Shown here: piece after piece, positions 17,578-28,400 of the stretch
How positions within the stretch are numbered: position 1 is the first letter of the stretch
Layout of the letters: each line of letters opens with the position of its first letter
Origin: a bacterium
GTDB lineage: Bacteria > SAR324 > XYD2-FULL-50-16 > G965216635
DNA: 64,000 bases
Direction of reading: 5' to 3'
NCBI GenBank assembly: GCA_965216635.1
Contig: OZ244188.1
Coordinates: forward strand, 672,001 to 736,000
Translations under genes and position numbers: made by a program
The notes under the pieces: model-generated
Told to the model about the DNA's origin: nothing
The model's input: only the letters and a program-made list of their open reading frames with translations
The model's database searches: none

Positions 17578-18575
17578 TTGATTTTTTTGCTATGCCAACA
17601 AGCTGCAAACTGTTCTTTTTTTTTGCCTATTTTTCTCTCGCTATTTTTGTTTTCTAGAGGAGGATAACTTTCGCGGCATTTCTCATCACTGTAAGGGCAA
17701 AGAGGGTGAAAATAACAACCGCTCGGAAGCGACAAAAAATCGCCAACTTCTCCCACGAGGGGTTTTAATTTTTTTCTTTGTTTAGGAGAATTTTTTAAAA
17801 TAGAATTTATAAGCACTTGGGTATAAGGATGCTTTGGATTGGTAAAAATGGAATGGCTATCGCCCATTTCTACAATTTTACCGAGATAAAGCACTATCAA
17901 TTTTTGACTCATAAACCGAATAACATTAAGATCGTGAGAAACAAATAGATAGCTCATTTGTAACTCTTCTTGAATGGTTTTAAGCAGGTTTAAAATTTGT
18001 GCTTGAATGGATACATCCAAAGAAGATACTGGCTCATCTGCAATAATGATTTTAGGAGAGAGGGCAAGGGCACGAGCTATGCCTATTCTTTGTTTCTGTC
18101 CACCACTAAATTCGTGAGCGAATTTTTCCAAACTAGATTTTGCCAAACCAACATAATTGATGAGTTCCAAAACCCTTTTTTGGCGAAAAATTGCATCTCC
18201 TATTTTATGAATTACCAAAGGCTCGGTAATCAATTCTTGAACTGTAAATCTAGAATTTAAAGAACTGCTAGGGTCTTGAAAAATCATCTGCATTTTTTTT
18301 CTATAAGGTTTTAATTGAGAAAAACTCTTATGAGTGATTTCTTCATTTTCTAGCCAAATTTCACCCTCATCTGGTTTGATTAAATTCATCAACAAGCGAC
18401 AGATGGTAGATTTTCCAGAACCAGATTCTCCCACTAAACCTAACGTCTCTTTGCTCAAAAGCTGAAAATTTATACCCGAAGCTGCAGTTATCCAGCGGCT
18501 GGTTTTTGCTAAAATATTTTTTTTTAAGGAAAATTTTTTAGATAGGTTGTGTACGCGAAGAACTTCTTTTTGCAT
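17562..18575 (-). CDS. Oligopeptide/dipeptide ABC ATPase (OppF/DppF-like)
   Basis: GESGSGKS, FSGGQKQRIGIARAL, DEPVSSLDVSIQAQ, HPYT, GCYFHPLC. Confidence 0.93.
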   Translation of the reverse strand: MQKEVLRVHNLSKKFSLKKNILAKTSRWITAASGINFQLLSKETLGLVGESGSGKSTICRLLMNLIKPDEGEIWLENEEITHKSFSQLKPYRKKMQMIFQDPSSSLNSRFTVQELITEPLVIHKIGDAIFRQKRVLELINYVGLAKSSLEKFAHEFSGGQKQRIGIARALALSPKIIIADEPVSSLDVSIQAQILNLLKTIQEELQMSYLFVSHDLNVIRFMSQKLIVLYLGKIVEMGDSHSIFTNPKHPYTQVLINSILKNSPKQRKKLKPLVGEVGDFLSLPSGCYFHPLCPYSDEKCRESYPPLENKNSERKIGKKKEQFAACWHSKKIKRLLN

Positions 18576-18699
18576 ATTATGATTTTTGACAACTGGGTAA
18601 ATTATAACAAATTTAATGGTAAGATTCAATTTTCATACAACAACGCAAAGAAATCTTTTTTTAACGCAGCGTAGTCTCAACGTTAAATAAACAGAATGT

Positions 18700-19662
18700 C
18701 TAATTCTTAGGGTTATAACAAGCAAAACTATGCCCCTCTTGTTTTTTAGAAAAATGGGGATGATTTAGATTACAACGGGTTTCTTTTTGCAAGCATCTTG
18801 CAAAAAAAGGACAGCCTGTGATTTTATCGTTCAAAGCAGGCACAGTGCCAGCAATCGTAGGTAATCTTTTTTTGTGTTTTTCATAAAAAATAGAGCTTAA
18901 TAAGCCTTGGGTGTAAGGATGGACGGGGTCGTAAAAAACCTGTTCCACTGCTCCTTGCTCCACTATTCTTCCAGCATACATCACATAAACTATATCACAC
19001 ATCTGGGCAATAACCGCCATATCGTGAGTGATAAGGAGTAAGGACATTTGTTTTTCTTTTTGTAATTTTTCTAAAAGATAAAGAATTTGGGCTTGCACTG
19101 TTACATCTAAAGCGGTGGTTGGCTCGTCCGCTATTAAAAGATCTGGTTCAAAAGACAACGCCATAGCTATCATAATCCTTTGTCTCATTCCGCCAGAAAG
19201 TTGGTGTGGATAGGATTGCAAAATCCTGTCAGAATCTCCTAAACCTACTTGTTTGAGTAAATTTTTCACCTGTTTGAGAGCCATTTCTCTTTGGGATTTT
19301 TCCCACACTTCTAGTAACTGCTCTTTTATTTTTAAAACAGGGTTTAAACTGCTTAGAGGGTCTTGGAAAATCATGCTGATCTCTTTGCCTCTTAAAGGAG
19401 CAAATTTATCCATAGATAAATGACTGATTTCTCGTCCTTTAAAAAAAATTTTTCCTTGCTGAATACGGGCTTTTTTAGCTGGAAGTAACCTCAAAAGCGA
19501 AGCCGCAGTCACGCTTTTTCCACAACCAGATTCTCCAATGATTCCTACTACTTGCGAAGCTGCAATAGAAAAAGAAATTTCTTTTACCGCAGAAAACCAT
19601 TCTCCATTGATTTTAAATTGTGTAGTTAGTTCTTTTACTTCAAGTAGTTGTTTTTTTTTCAT
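18700..19662 (-). CDS. Oligopeptide/dipeptide ABC ATPase (OppD/DppD-like)
   Basis: [46 protein letters not shown]. Confidence 0.93.
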   Translation of the reverse strand: MKKKQLLEVKELTTQFKINGEWFSAVKEISFSIAASQVVGIIGESGCGKSVTAASLLRLLPAKKARIQQGKIFFKGREISHLSMDKFAPLRGKEISMIFQDPLSSLNPVLKIKEQLLEVWEKSQREMALKQVKNLLKQVGLGDSDRILQSYPHQLSGGMRQRIMIAMALSFEPDLLIADEPTTALDVTVQAQILYLLEKLQKEKQMSLLLITHDMAVIAQMCDIVYVMYAGRIVEQGAVEQVFYDPVHPYTQGLLSSIFYEKHKKRLPTIAGTVPALNDKITGCPFFARCLQKETRCNLNHPHFSKKQEGHSFACYNPKN

Positions 19663-20479
19663 TATTTTTTAGTTGGTAAAATAGTTCCCACTCGTAATCA
19701 CCACACAGCTCTGCGATAGATTTTTTTTCTATAGTAGAGAAGTCTGCTATTTGTAGTTCAGCTTTAAAATTTTTGCTAAATTCTGCACTGATTTTTTCTA
19801 TTAAAAGAGTTATGGGTGGTATGTTTCCTAGCAATGTTTTAAACGATGCAATTCTTTTTTTAAAAGAATCTTGGCTTACTCGCCAAATATTTGCCCAAAG
19901 TTGCCAGTCAATATCTAGCAAAATAGCTCCGTGTTGTAGCATTCTATTTTTTTGTCTTTTTTGAGCGCTACCTACTAATTTTTTTTTGTCTATTTCTAAT
20001 TCGTAGCTAGAAATTTCTTTGAAGCAGTTTAGACTTTTTGTTGCTGTTTTGTTTTTTTTTTCCAATCTACAGTTTAATCCAAAGTGAGAAAAAGCTTTTT
20101 GTAAAATAGAGCTGATCTCTTGATAAGAATCTAAAATACTCAAAGGAAAATCAGGAGCTATAAAAGAGTAGGTTAGCTCGTGCTGGTGCAATACAGTTTT
20201 ACCTCCCGTTTTACGAATTACACCTTCTAAATCAAAATCTCGGATGGTTTGAAAATCAAGCTCTGCTAAAGAACATTTTCTCTGTTTTAAAGCATTGCCA
20301 AAAGAACTACCAAAAGAAAGAGTCGGTTTTTGCCATTGATAAAATCTTAATACAGGCACTTCACTCTGCTTCATTAAATATTCATCCGCTGCCATATTCC
20401 AAACAGCACTTGCAGAAGAAACAGGGATTACTCTTAAGCTGGGGAATTGGATTTTTTCTAAATTTTTTTGATGCAGCAT
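19640..20479 (-). CDS. Lipoate-protein ligase / octanoyltransferase (LplA/LipM family)
   Basis: NMAADE, LRFYQW, RKTGGKTVLH, KKLVGSAQKR, LQHGAI. Confidence 0.9.
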   Translation of the reverse strand: MLHQKNLEKIQFPSLRVIPVSSASAVWNMAADEYLMKQSEVPVLRFYQWQKPTLSFGSSFGNALKQRKCSLAELDFQTIRDFDLEGVIRKTGGKTVLHQHELTYSFIAPDFPLSILDSYQEISSILQKAFSHFGLNCRLEKKNKTATKSLNCFKEISSYELEIDKKKLVGSAQKRQKNRMLQHGAILLDIDWQLWANIWRVSQDSFKKRIASFKTLLGNIPPITLLIEKISAEFSKNFKAELQIADFSTIEKKSIAELCGDYEWELFYQLKNNEKKTTT

Positions 20480-20623
20480 TGACAATGTTCGGTATTTAGC
20501 TCAATTTATAAGAATTCTTAGCAAAATTCAATTATAGAACAGAAAACTCTTTTTTATAAAATTTTTTTATGTTATCATTTTTGTTGTGATTTTTATTCAA
20601 TATTTATTCAATAATTTATTATT

Positions 20624-21163
20624 ATGGCAAAAACTATTATGGCAAATAAAACCGCAAAAAATGGTTCTAAAATAAAGCCTTATATTGTTCCTTGTATTTC
20701 CAATTATTTCATTAAAAATTTGAAATCAGTGGATAATTTAAAACTCAACAAGCTGGCGTATATTTCTTACGGGCTTGTGAAGGCTGGATTAGACAGAGAA
20801 TTGTTTCACGAGCCTATCCAAGCGTGGCATTTAGGTCCTGTTATTCCTTCTATCTATCACGAATTTAAAAGATTTGGTTATTCTGATATTGAAGGATACT
20901 CTTTTATCTACGATCCTGTCACAGATGAAAAGGCTATACCCAGGATAGACCCTGAGGATAAAGAAATTCTTGAAGTTTTAGAGTGGGTGAAAAATGTTTA
21001 TGGAAAGATGAGCATAAGGGAATTAATAGAGAGAACGCATAATGTAGATACCCCTTGGAGTAAATGCTATAAAGAAGGTATTTATAACATTGAAATTGAG
21101 CCAGAAGCAATCAGAAAATACTACGAAGATATAATAGAAAAAAACGGAAACAATGCCATCTAA
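20624..21163 (+). CDS. Panacea (SocA/DUF4065) domain antitoxin-like protein
   Basis: LKLNKLAY, QAWHLGPVIPSIYHEFK, THNVDTPW. Confidence 0.88.
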   Translation: MAKTIMANKTAKNGSKIKPYIVPCISNYFIKNLKSVDNLKLNKLAYISYGLVKAGLDRELFHEPIQAWHLGPVIPSIYHEFKRFGYSDIEGYSFIYDPVTDEKAIPRIDPEDKEILEVLEWVKNVYGKMSIRELIERTHNVDTPWSKCYKEGIYNIEIEPEAIRKYYEDIIEKNGNNAI

Positions 21164-21542
21164 ATTAAAAAATTTATTAAAATCAAAAGTTTTACAGGAA
21201 AACACAGAAATAAAAGCAAACGATCGATTCCGTTTAGATAAATTAGAATTAGAAGAAGCAAAGAAAAAAACAGCGGTAGCAAAAGAAAAATCTCAAAAGC
21301 ACGATTGGATAAATTTAAGAATAATTAGAAAAACCTTTACATACTCTATAGCCAGTTTTTTGGGTTTATTTATGTGTGCATTTTTTTATTATGCCTTGAT
21401 AACTGTATTTCCTACGATTCAAGATGTTGTTGGCACTAAAGAGAGTGGAAAATTAGCTATTCAAAAATTTATTATTATGGGTAACTATCTTATTGTTGGA
21501 GGAATTGTAGGGCAATTTATCAATAACGTTTTAAAATCTTAA
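21153..21542 (+). CDS. Small membrane protein, putative toxin partner of Panacea protein
   Basis: Overlaps the upstream gene by 11 nt; charged helical N-terminus followed by two hydrophobic segments. Confidence 0.6.
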   Translation: MPSKLKNLLKSKVLQENTEIKANDRFRLDKLELEEAKKKTAVAKEKSQKHDWINLRIIRKTFTYSIASFLGLFMCAFFYYALITVFPTIQDVVGTKESGKLAIQKFIIMGNYLIVGGIVGQFINNVLKS

Positions 21543-21566
21543 TATAAATCTGAAACAGAGTAATAT

Positions 21567-21742
21567 AGACCTTTGAATTTGCGTTATGCTTACCCCACAT
21601 TGGGGCTAGCCAAATGGTTAGAACAGGAGCGAATTTTTTTTTTAGCTCGCAGCAATACTGAAAAGCATTTCTTCACAAATGGCAAGAGTTAAAAAATTTT
21701 TTTAACGCTGCATAACCTATACAGAACACCAAGCAAATATCT
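21567..21742. mobile_element. MITE-family element
   Basis: agacctttgaatttgcgttatg; ccccacattgggg, ccaaatggttagaac and gcatttcttcacaaatggc modules; degenerate right end. Confidence 0.85.
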
Positions 21743-21752
21743 TCTTGTTAAA

Positions 21753-22886
21753 ATGTCACAACCCCGTAGAACTTTTCTTTATTGGATAGGAATGTCTTTT
21801 TTAGCACTACTTTTTCCTCGTTGTAGTAAGGCTCAAAACAGCGAACTGAAAAAATTGCCTTACCATCATTTACCTGATGGCTCTTTTCGTAATCTACCGG
21901 GTGCTCCAATAAGAAATCCAGAACCACCACCGGGAAAAAGTAATCCTTTTACTTTTTCTCGTGTGTTTAAAAGGCTATTTATCAGTAGTGAAGAAGTAGC
22001 AATCCCAAAAGGACACGCCCTCTCAGAAAAACAAGCTCTAGCTGGTTTTTATGCGGTTGATTATGATAAAAAAACAAATCCTATTAGCATCACTTGGTTA
22101 GGGCACGCTGCTTTTTTAATCCGTTTAGGCAAAACAACCATTTTAACGGATCCATTTTTGAGCGAAAAATCTGGTATAGGCTTTATAGGTGTTAAAAGAT
22201 TTCAATCAGCTGCCATTCGTCCTCAAAAATTACCAAAAATTGATATTCTTTTAATAAGCCATAGCCATTACGACCACTTGGATGGCATCAGCTTAAAAAA
22301 AATAAAAAATAAAGATAAAATTCAGGTGATTACACCTTTAAAACTAGGGAAAACCTTGAAAAGGAAAGGCTATAAAAATGTAATGGAGATGGACTGGTAT
22401 CAAACAAATCTCCTTCAAACAAGCTCCCTTCAAACAGATCAAGGAAAAATTAAACTTACCTGTCTACCAGCATCCCATTGGTCTCGCAGAATTGGACAAG
22501 AAAGAAACACAACTCTTTGGGCGGGTTACCTCTTAGAATACAAAAACCAAAAAATCTATTTTTCTGGAGATACAGCCTATGGCAAACCTATTTTTCAGCA
22601 TATCGCCCAAAGAATACCAACTCCAGATTTGGCTATTTTGCCTATAGGGGCTTACGAACCTCGCTGGTTTATGAGGGCATCTCATGCTAGTCCTGAAGAA
22701 GCGGTGCAAATAGGCTTGGATTTAAAAGCAAAAAATCTTTTGAGTATGCACTGGGGAGCTATTCGTCTTTCTACTGAAGATCTTTGGGAGCCTCCTAAAA
22801 GATTTAAAAAAGCGGGTTTGAAGGCGGGCTATAAAGCTGAGCAGATTTGGAATTTGGCTGTGGGAGAAACAAGAATTTTATCCTAA
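21753..22886 (+). CDS. Tat-exported MBL-fold metallohydrolase (RomA/NAPE-PLD-like)
   Basis: RRTFL twin-arginine leader; WLGHA, SHSHYDHLD, HWSRR, GDT, PIGAYEP, HWG. Confidence 0.9.
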   Translation: MSQPRRTFLYWIGMSFLALLFPRCSKAQNSELKKLPYHHLPDGSFRNLPGAPIRNPEPPPGKSNPFTFSRVFKRLFISSEEVAIPKGHALSEKQALAGFYAVDYDKKTNPISITWLGHAAFLIRLGKTTILTDPFLSEKSGIGFIGVKRFQSAAIRPQKLPKIDILLISHSHYDHLDGISLKKIKNKDKIQVITPLKLGKTLKRKGYKNVMEMDWYQTNLLQTSSLQTDQGKIKLTCLPASHWSRRIGQERNTTLWAGYLLEYKNQKIYFSGDTAYGKPIFQHIAQRIPTPDLAILPIGAYEPRWFMRASHASPEEAVQIGLDLKAKNLLSMHWGAIRLSTEDLWEPPKRFKKAGLKAGYKAEQIWNLAVGETRILS

Positions 22887-23110
22887 AAGAGCACTGCGTT
22901 GGCGTTCTGTTTAGTCTATGCTTTGTTAAAATTTTTTTTTAACTCTTGCTATTTGTGAAGAAATGCTCTCTTATTGGTAATATAGACTTTTGAATTTGCA
23001 TTCTGTTTAGCCAAAACAAGCTTATTGCTTTTACGCCAATACAGGCTTTAGCAAAAGAGCCGCTGGTATTACCATTTGGCTGGCCACCATAACGCCAATG
23101 CAGTGTTCTT
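22887..23110. mobile_element. MITE-family composite with alternative terminal repeats and a nested standard end
   Basis: aagagcactgcgttggcgtt...aacgccaatgcagtgttctt inverted ends; internal agacttttgaatttgc at 22984. Confidence 0.75.
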
Positions 23111-23119
23111 CCTAAGTAA

Positions 23120-24433
23120 ATGATTTTACAAGCTAAAGATACAAAGATAGAAAAATTGGGAGTAGCAAAATACTCTACAAAAATTTTTTCAAAGGTTGTT
23201 CAAGAACAGGATTTTATTTTATGCGATCCTTTTTATCGTAAAAAACAACGTAATAAGTCAAGCCATAGCAAACTAAAAATTTTTTCTACTGATACAGAAC
23301 AACTCTCTTTTTTAAAAGCAGGGCAAAGAAAAAAAATTTATTTTGAATCGGGTAGGGTGGTAGCGGGTATTGTTACCTGCGGCGGTATTTGTCCCGGCAT
23401 CAATGTTGTTATTCGCTCTATCGTGATGACTTTGTATCGTATCTATAATTGTAAAAATGTGCTGGGTTTTCAATATGGATTAAAGGGCTTTGTTGATAAG
23501 AATTTTCCTCCTATTAGTCTCAAACCTCAAAAAATAGAATTTATTCATCAAGCAGGGGGAAGTATTTTGGGAACTTCTCGTGGAATCCAAAATTTCGCTG
23601 AAATAGTCAACTGTCTAGTGAAAAATAAAATTAACCAACTCTATATTATTGGAGGAGATGGAACTTTTCAAGCGGCTCTTGCTATTCAAAAAGAAATCAA
23701 GAAGAGAGACTTAAAAATAGCACTGATTGCTATTCCTAAAACAATAGATAACGATATTAGTTTTGTAGCTAAGACTTTCGGTTTTGATACAGCAGTAGAA
23801 GCTGCTGCGAATGCTATTCAATCTGCTAGTGTGGAATCCCGCTCTGTTTATAATGGTATAGGTTTAGTTAAGCTTATGGGTAGAAATTCTGGTTTTATCG
23901 CAGCCAATGCTAGCCTCGCCCAAAGAAATGTAGATTTTGTTTTGATACCAGAGCAACCTTTTGGGTTGCAAGGCAAAAAAGGTTTTTTGCAAGCCTTAAA
24001 ACAAAAACTTTTAAAAAACGGTTCTGTTTTAATTGTCGCAGCCGAAGGTGCTGGACAAGAACTGATGCATTCTCACGGCGAAACAGACGAATCGGGTAAC
24101 CCTAAACTAGCTGATATAGGAAAATATTTATCTCAAGAAATAGTTAAATTTTGCCAAGAACAAAAGATAGATTGTGATTTGAAGTATATTGATCCTAGCT
24201 ATATTATTCGTTCAGTTCCAGCGAATACACAGGATACAATTTTCTGCGGTAACTTAGGAAAAAACGCTGTTCACGCTGCTATGGCTGGTTTTACTTCTGC
24301 TGTCTCTTCTATTTGGCACGGAGTTTATTGCTATTTTCCACTAGTTTTGGCTCTTGAAAAAAAATACATAAATTTAAAAGGAAAAACATGGACAGATGTT
24401 TTGGAGTTGACTCGTCAGGATACTTTCATTTAA
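23120..24433 (+). CDS. pfkA: 6-phosphofructokinase, probably ATP-dependent group X type
   Basis: VTCGGICPG, GGSILGTSRG, GGDGT, PKTIDND, KLMGRNSG, KYIDPSY. Confidence 0.9.
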   Translation: MILQAKDTKIEKLGVAKYSTKIFSKVVQEQDFILCDPFYRKKQRNKSSHSKLKIFSTDTEQLSFLKAGQRKKIYFESGRVVAGIVTCGGICPGINVVIRSIVMTLYRIYNCKNVLGFQYGLKGFVDKNFPPISLKPQKIEFIHQAGGSILGTSRGIQNFAEIVNCLVKNKINQLYIIGGDGTFQAALAIQKEIKKRDLKIALIAIPKTIDNDISFVAKTFGFDTAVEAAANAIQSASVESRSVYNGIGLVKLMGRNSGFIAANASLAQRNVDFVLIPEQPFGLQGKKGFLQALKQKLLKNGSVLIVAAEGAGQELMHSHGETDESGNPKLADIGKYLSQEIVKFCQEQKIDCDLKYIDPSYIIRSVPANTQDTIFCGNLGKNAVHAAMAGFTSAVSSIWHGVYCYFPLVLALEKKYINLKGKTWTDVLELTRQDTFI

Positions 24434-24449
24434 TTTTGGGAATCACATG

Positions 24450-24502
24450 CAATTTTTTTTTAACGATTGCTTTAGCTAAACAGAACGCAAATTCAATAGT
24501 CT
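24450..24502. mobile_element. MITE right-arm remnant
   Basis: T-tract-aacgattgctttagctaaacagaacgcaaattcaatagtct. Confidence 0.75.
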
Positions 24503-24566
24503 CTAGAGTATTATGAAGGAAATCTGCCAAAAAAATTTATTTGCTAGATTTTTTTAAAATCAAATA

Positions 24567-25082
24567 ATGAAAAAAAAAAATTCTTTGTTGTTATTTAGGG
24601 AGCGTATTGACTGCTTAGACACTCAGCTCTGGGCTACTATAGAAGAAAGACTTACAATTTGGAGTAATATTCATAGAGAAACAGATATTTCATACCGCGA
24701 AGAACTTTCTAAATTTTTTAAAAAAAATAAAAATCTCTTTAAAAGAGTAAATCAAGATTTTTTTTTAAAATTTTTAGTTACGATGGAAGTTTTTTGCAAA
24801 AAGGAGGGAACTGCCACTTCTTCTGAAAATGTAGACTATGGTTTAATTGTATCTAAAGATAAATTAATACTCAATATATTGGAAAAAAGATTTGAAGTGG
24901 CTTATAAGATAGGACTGTTAAAAAAAAAGAAAAAAACAGCAATCACAGACTCTGTTCGCTATCAACAAATTCTTGATTTAACTCAAAAAAAGATAAAAAT
25001 TTTAAAAATTCCTAGAAAAATGGTTGTTTCTCTGATGGGGTTGATTCACGATTACTCTGTAAAAATGCAAGAAAAAATATAA
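24567..25082 (+). CDS. Chorismate-mutase type II (AroQ)-like protein, apparently two tandem domains
   Basis: FRERIDCLDTQL...ER and DKLILNILEKRFEVAYKIGLLK...ITDSVRYQQIL. Confidence 0.6.
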   Translation: MKKKNSLLLFRERIDCLDTQLWATIEERLTIWSNIHRETDISYREELSKFFKKNKNLFKRVNQDFFLKFLVTMEVFCKKEGTATSSENVDYGLIVSKDKLILNILEKRFEVAYKIGLLKKKKKTAITDSVRYQQILDLTQKKIKILKIPRKMVVSLMGLIHDYSVKMQEKI

Positions 25083-25176
25083 GTTTTTAGCAAAGTTATT
25101 TCATTTGGAATCTAATTTTTTTTTTTTGTTGACAAAATTTTTTTTTTCAGTAAAAATATACTTTTATAGAGAGTAT

Positions 25177-25314
25177 AGACCTTTGAATTTGCGTTATGTG
25201 ACGGCTAGGCAAGGCGAAATTTTTTTTTAGCTCGCTGGAATACTGATGTATTTCAAGAGTTAAAAAAAATTTTCAACGATGCATAGGCTAAACAGAACGC
25301 AAATTCAAAAGTCT
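25177..25314. mobile_element. MITE/RPE-like element, core form, upstream of rpoB
   Basis: agacctttgaatttgcgtt...aacgcaaattcaaaagtct; perfect 7-bp flanking repeat agagtat. Confidence 0.92.
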
Positions 25315-25380
25315 AGAGTATTTTTACCTAAAAGAATTGCCTCATTTTCTAAATATTCGTTATTGTTAGGTTTTTTATTA

Positions 25381-25443
25381 ACCTGCCCTCTTTGAAGAAA
25401 TTCACACGAGAGTTGAGATTTTTTTAAAGGTGACGGGGTTTTT
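25381..25443 (+). promoter_or_regulatory. Long hairpin plus U-tract in the rpoB leader (attenuator-like)
   Basis: ctttgaagaaatt pairs with gatttttttaaag (with G-U pairs); an outer stem can form; followed by a T-run. Confidence 0.4.
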
Positions 25444-25487
25444 GTGTTTAAATACCTCAATATTTTAACTTTTTTCTTTTAACTAAA

Positions 25488-28400
25488 GTGATAACAGAAA
25501 TAACTAATACCTATCGCACAAGAGTAGATTTTGGTAAAATCAAAAGTATTTTAGCCCCTCCTCCTTTAGTGGATGTCCAAAAACAGGCCTACGAATCTTT
25601 TATACAGCGGAGTGTAGCTCCAAAAAATAGAAAAAAAAGGGGCCTAGAAGCCATTTTTCACAATGTTTTTCCCATTGAGGATTTCGATAAAAAGTTCCGT
25701 ATAGAATATATCTCTTATAAATTGGGAGAACCTAAATACGACCAAGAGGATTGTCGCGGCAGAGGAACTACTTACGCTGTCCCTATTTATGCTAAATTAA
25801 AATTGGTTATTTTTGAATCTAATTCTTTGCAATCAGAGGATAATAAGCAAAAAAAGATCAAAGATATTAAGGAACAAGAAATTTTTTTTGGAGATTTTCC
25901 TTTAATGACTCCTACAGGTTGTTTTATTGTCAATGGAACAGAAAGAGTAGTTGTCAACCAATTGCATAAGTCACCCGGTGTGTTCTTTTTAGAAGCTGCA
26001 AAAAAGCCAGGAGATGCGGGAATTCACAGAAATCTTTTTGTAGCCTCTATTATCCCCCAACGCGGTTCTTGGGTGGATTTTGAATTTGATTCCAAAGACA
26101 CCCTTTTAGTCCGAGTGGATCGCAAGAAAAAATTTTCGGCATCTGTTTTCTTAAAAGCATTAGGTTATACTACCGAACAGCTTTTGGAAAAATTTTATAC
26201 TGTAGAAACTTTTACAATCAACACAGATGATAAAAACCAAATTTCTTTTTATAAACAATTTAACGCAGATGCCTATGAAAATAAAAAACTAGAAGGAGAT
26301 TTAATTCAAGCACAGCCTAGAAAAATTTTAAAGAAAAAAGGTGAAAAACTAGGAGCAAAGACTATTCAAAACTACAAAGAAAATTCTAGCGGAAAGTATA
26401 TTGTCGTTTCAAAAGAAGAAATTTTGGGAAGAGTTTCAGCTTGTGATTTGCACGATAAAGAAGAAAATTTGATTTTGCGAGCTAGCCACCCCTTAACGGA
26501 GAACCAGCTAGAAAAACTATTAGAAGAAAAAATCAACAAAATCAAACTGCTAAAAACTACAGGAGACGATATAGATGCTTCCCTGTGTAATACTTTTGCA
26601 CTGGATGATATAGAAACACAAGATGAAGCTGTTGTAGAGGTCTATAAAAAACTAGAATCTGGTATCCCTTCTCTAGAAAAATCCCGAATTTTTGTAGAAA
26701 AGTTTCTTTTTTCAAAAGAAGTTTATGATTTGTCAGCAGTAGGTAGGATGCAGTTTAACCAAAAATTTGGTCTAAAAGATCCTTTGAGTAAAACAGTTTT
26801 AGATCACGATGATATTTTTAGAACTGTGAAAAAATTATTCAGTTTCAAAAAAGGTCGCTTAATGGGAGATGATATTGATGATCTTAACAATCGTAGAATT
26901 CGCAACGCTGGAGAGTTACTTTCTCAATGTTTTAACAAAGGGATGTTTAGAGTGGAAAAAAACATTAAAGAAAAACTGATTTTACTAGAAGATGACAATG
27001 TGACTTTACACGATTTAGTAAATTCTAAACTGGTTATTGCTACAGTTCATGATTTTTTTGCTACAAGCCAACTTTCTCAATTTATGGATCAAACCAATCC
27101 TCTCTCAGAAATAACCCATAAAAGAAGGTTAAGTGCTTTGGGTCCTGGTGGTTTAAGCCGTGAAAGAGCAGGTTTTGAGGTCAGAGATGTTCATCCTTCT
27201 CATTATGGAAAAATTTGTCCAATTGAAACCCCTGAAGGACCTAGTATTGGCTTGATGTCCAGTTTGACAAGTTACGCCAGACTCAATGAGTTCGGATTTA
27301 TTGAAACTCCTTATAGAAAAATTGTCAACCATCAGCTAACAAACGAAATTAGTTATATGTCGGCGATAGAAGATAAAAATTACTACATCGCCCAATCCAA
27401 CGCTTTATTAGATAAAAAAGAAAAATTTATTAAAGAAATTATAGTGCTTCGTAAAAATAGTGAATTTAAATCTTTACCAAGAGAATGGGCTCAATACATA
27501 GATTTATCTCCAAGACAACTTGTATCTATTGCTGCCTCTTTGATTCCTTTTTTAGAGCACGACGATGCCAATAGAGCTTTAATGGGCTCTAATATGCAAC
27601 GACAATCTGTGCCTTTGGCTATTGCTGAAGCTCCTTTTGTGGGAACTGGAATGGAGCATATGGTCGCTAAAGATTCTGGAGTTTGTGTGGTCGCAGAGAA
27701 AGATGGTATAGTAGATTCAGTAGATTCTCAGAAAATTGTAGTAGAAAGTAACGCAGAAGAAAACAACCCTTTTGGTGTTAAAATTTACAAATTAAAAAAA
27801 TATCATCGCTCTAATCAAAGCACCTGCATCAATCAAGTAAGTTTAGTTAAGCAAGGAGAAAAAATTAAAAAAGGGCAAATTATTGCTGATGGTCCCTGTT
27901 GCGAATCGGGTGAATTAGCACTTGGTAAAAATGTTTTTGTCGCCTTTATGCCTTGGAATGGTTATAACTACGAAGATTCTATAGTAGTTAGTGAAAAGCT
28001 TTTACATAGAGATACTTTTACTTCTATTCATATTGAAAAATTTGATGCTTTTGCTAGGGACACTAAAATAGGTAGAGAAAATATTACTAGAGATGTTCCC
28101 AATACAAGCGAGCATTCTTTACGTCATTTAGACGAATCTGGAATTGTCCGTATAGGTAGTTATGTAAAATCAGGAGATACTTTAGTTGGTAAAAGTACTC
28201 CTAAAATAGAATCGCAACTTAATCCAGAAGAAAAGCTGTTAAGAGCTGTTTTTGGAGATAAAGCTGGAGATATTAGAGATACTTCTTTAAGAGTCCCACA
28301 GGGTGTTTCCGGTATAGTAATAGATGTTAAATCTTTTATTAGAAGAGGAACAGAAAAAGATGTTCGTACGCTGGAAATTGAAGAATTACTTGTGAAAAAC

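Noticed and set aside
22984..24502. pfk as TIR-bracketed cargo
   Set aside because: Inverted ends flank it, but there is no matching target duplication; independent remnants explain it equally well.
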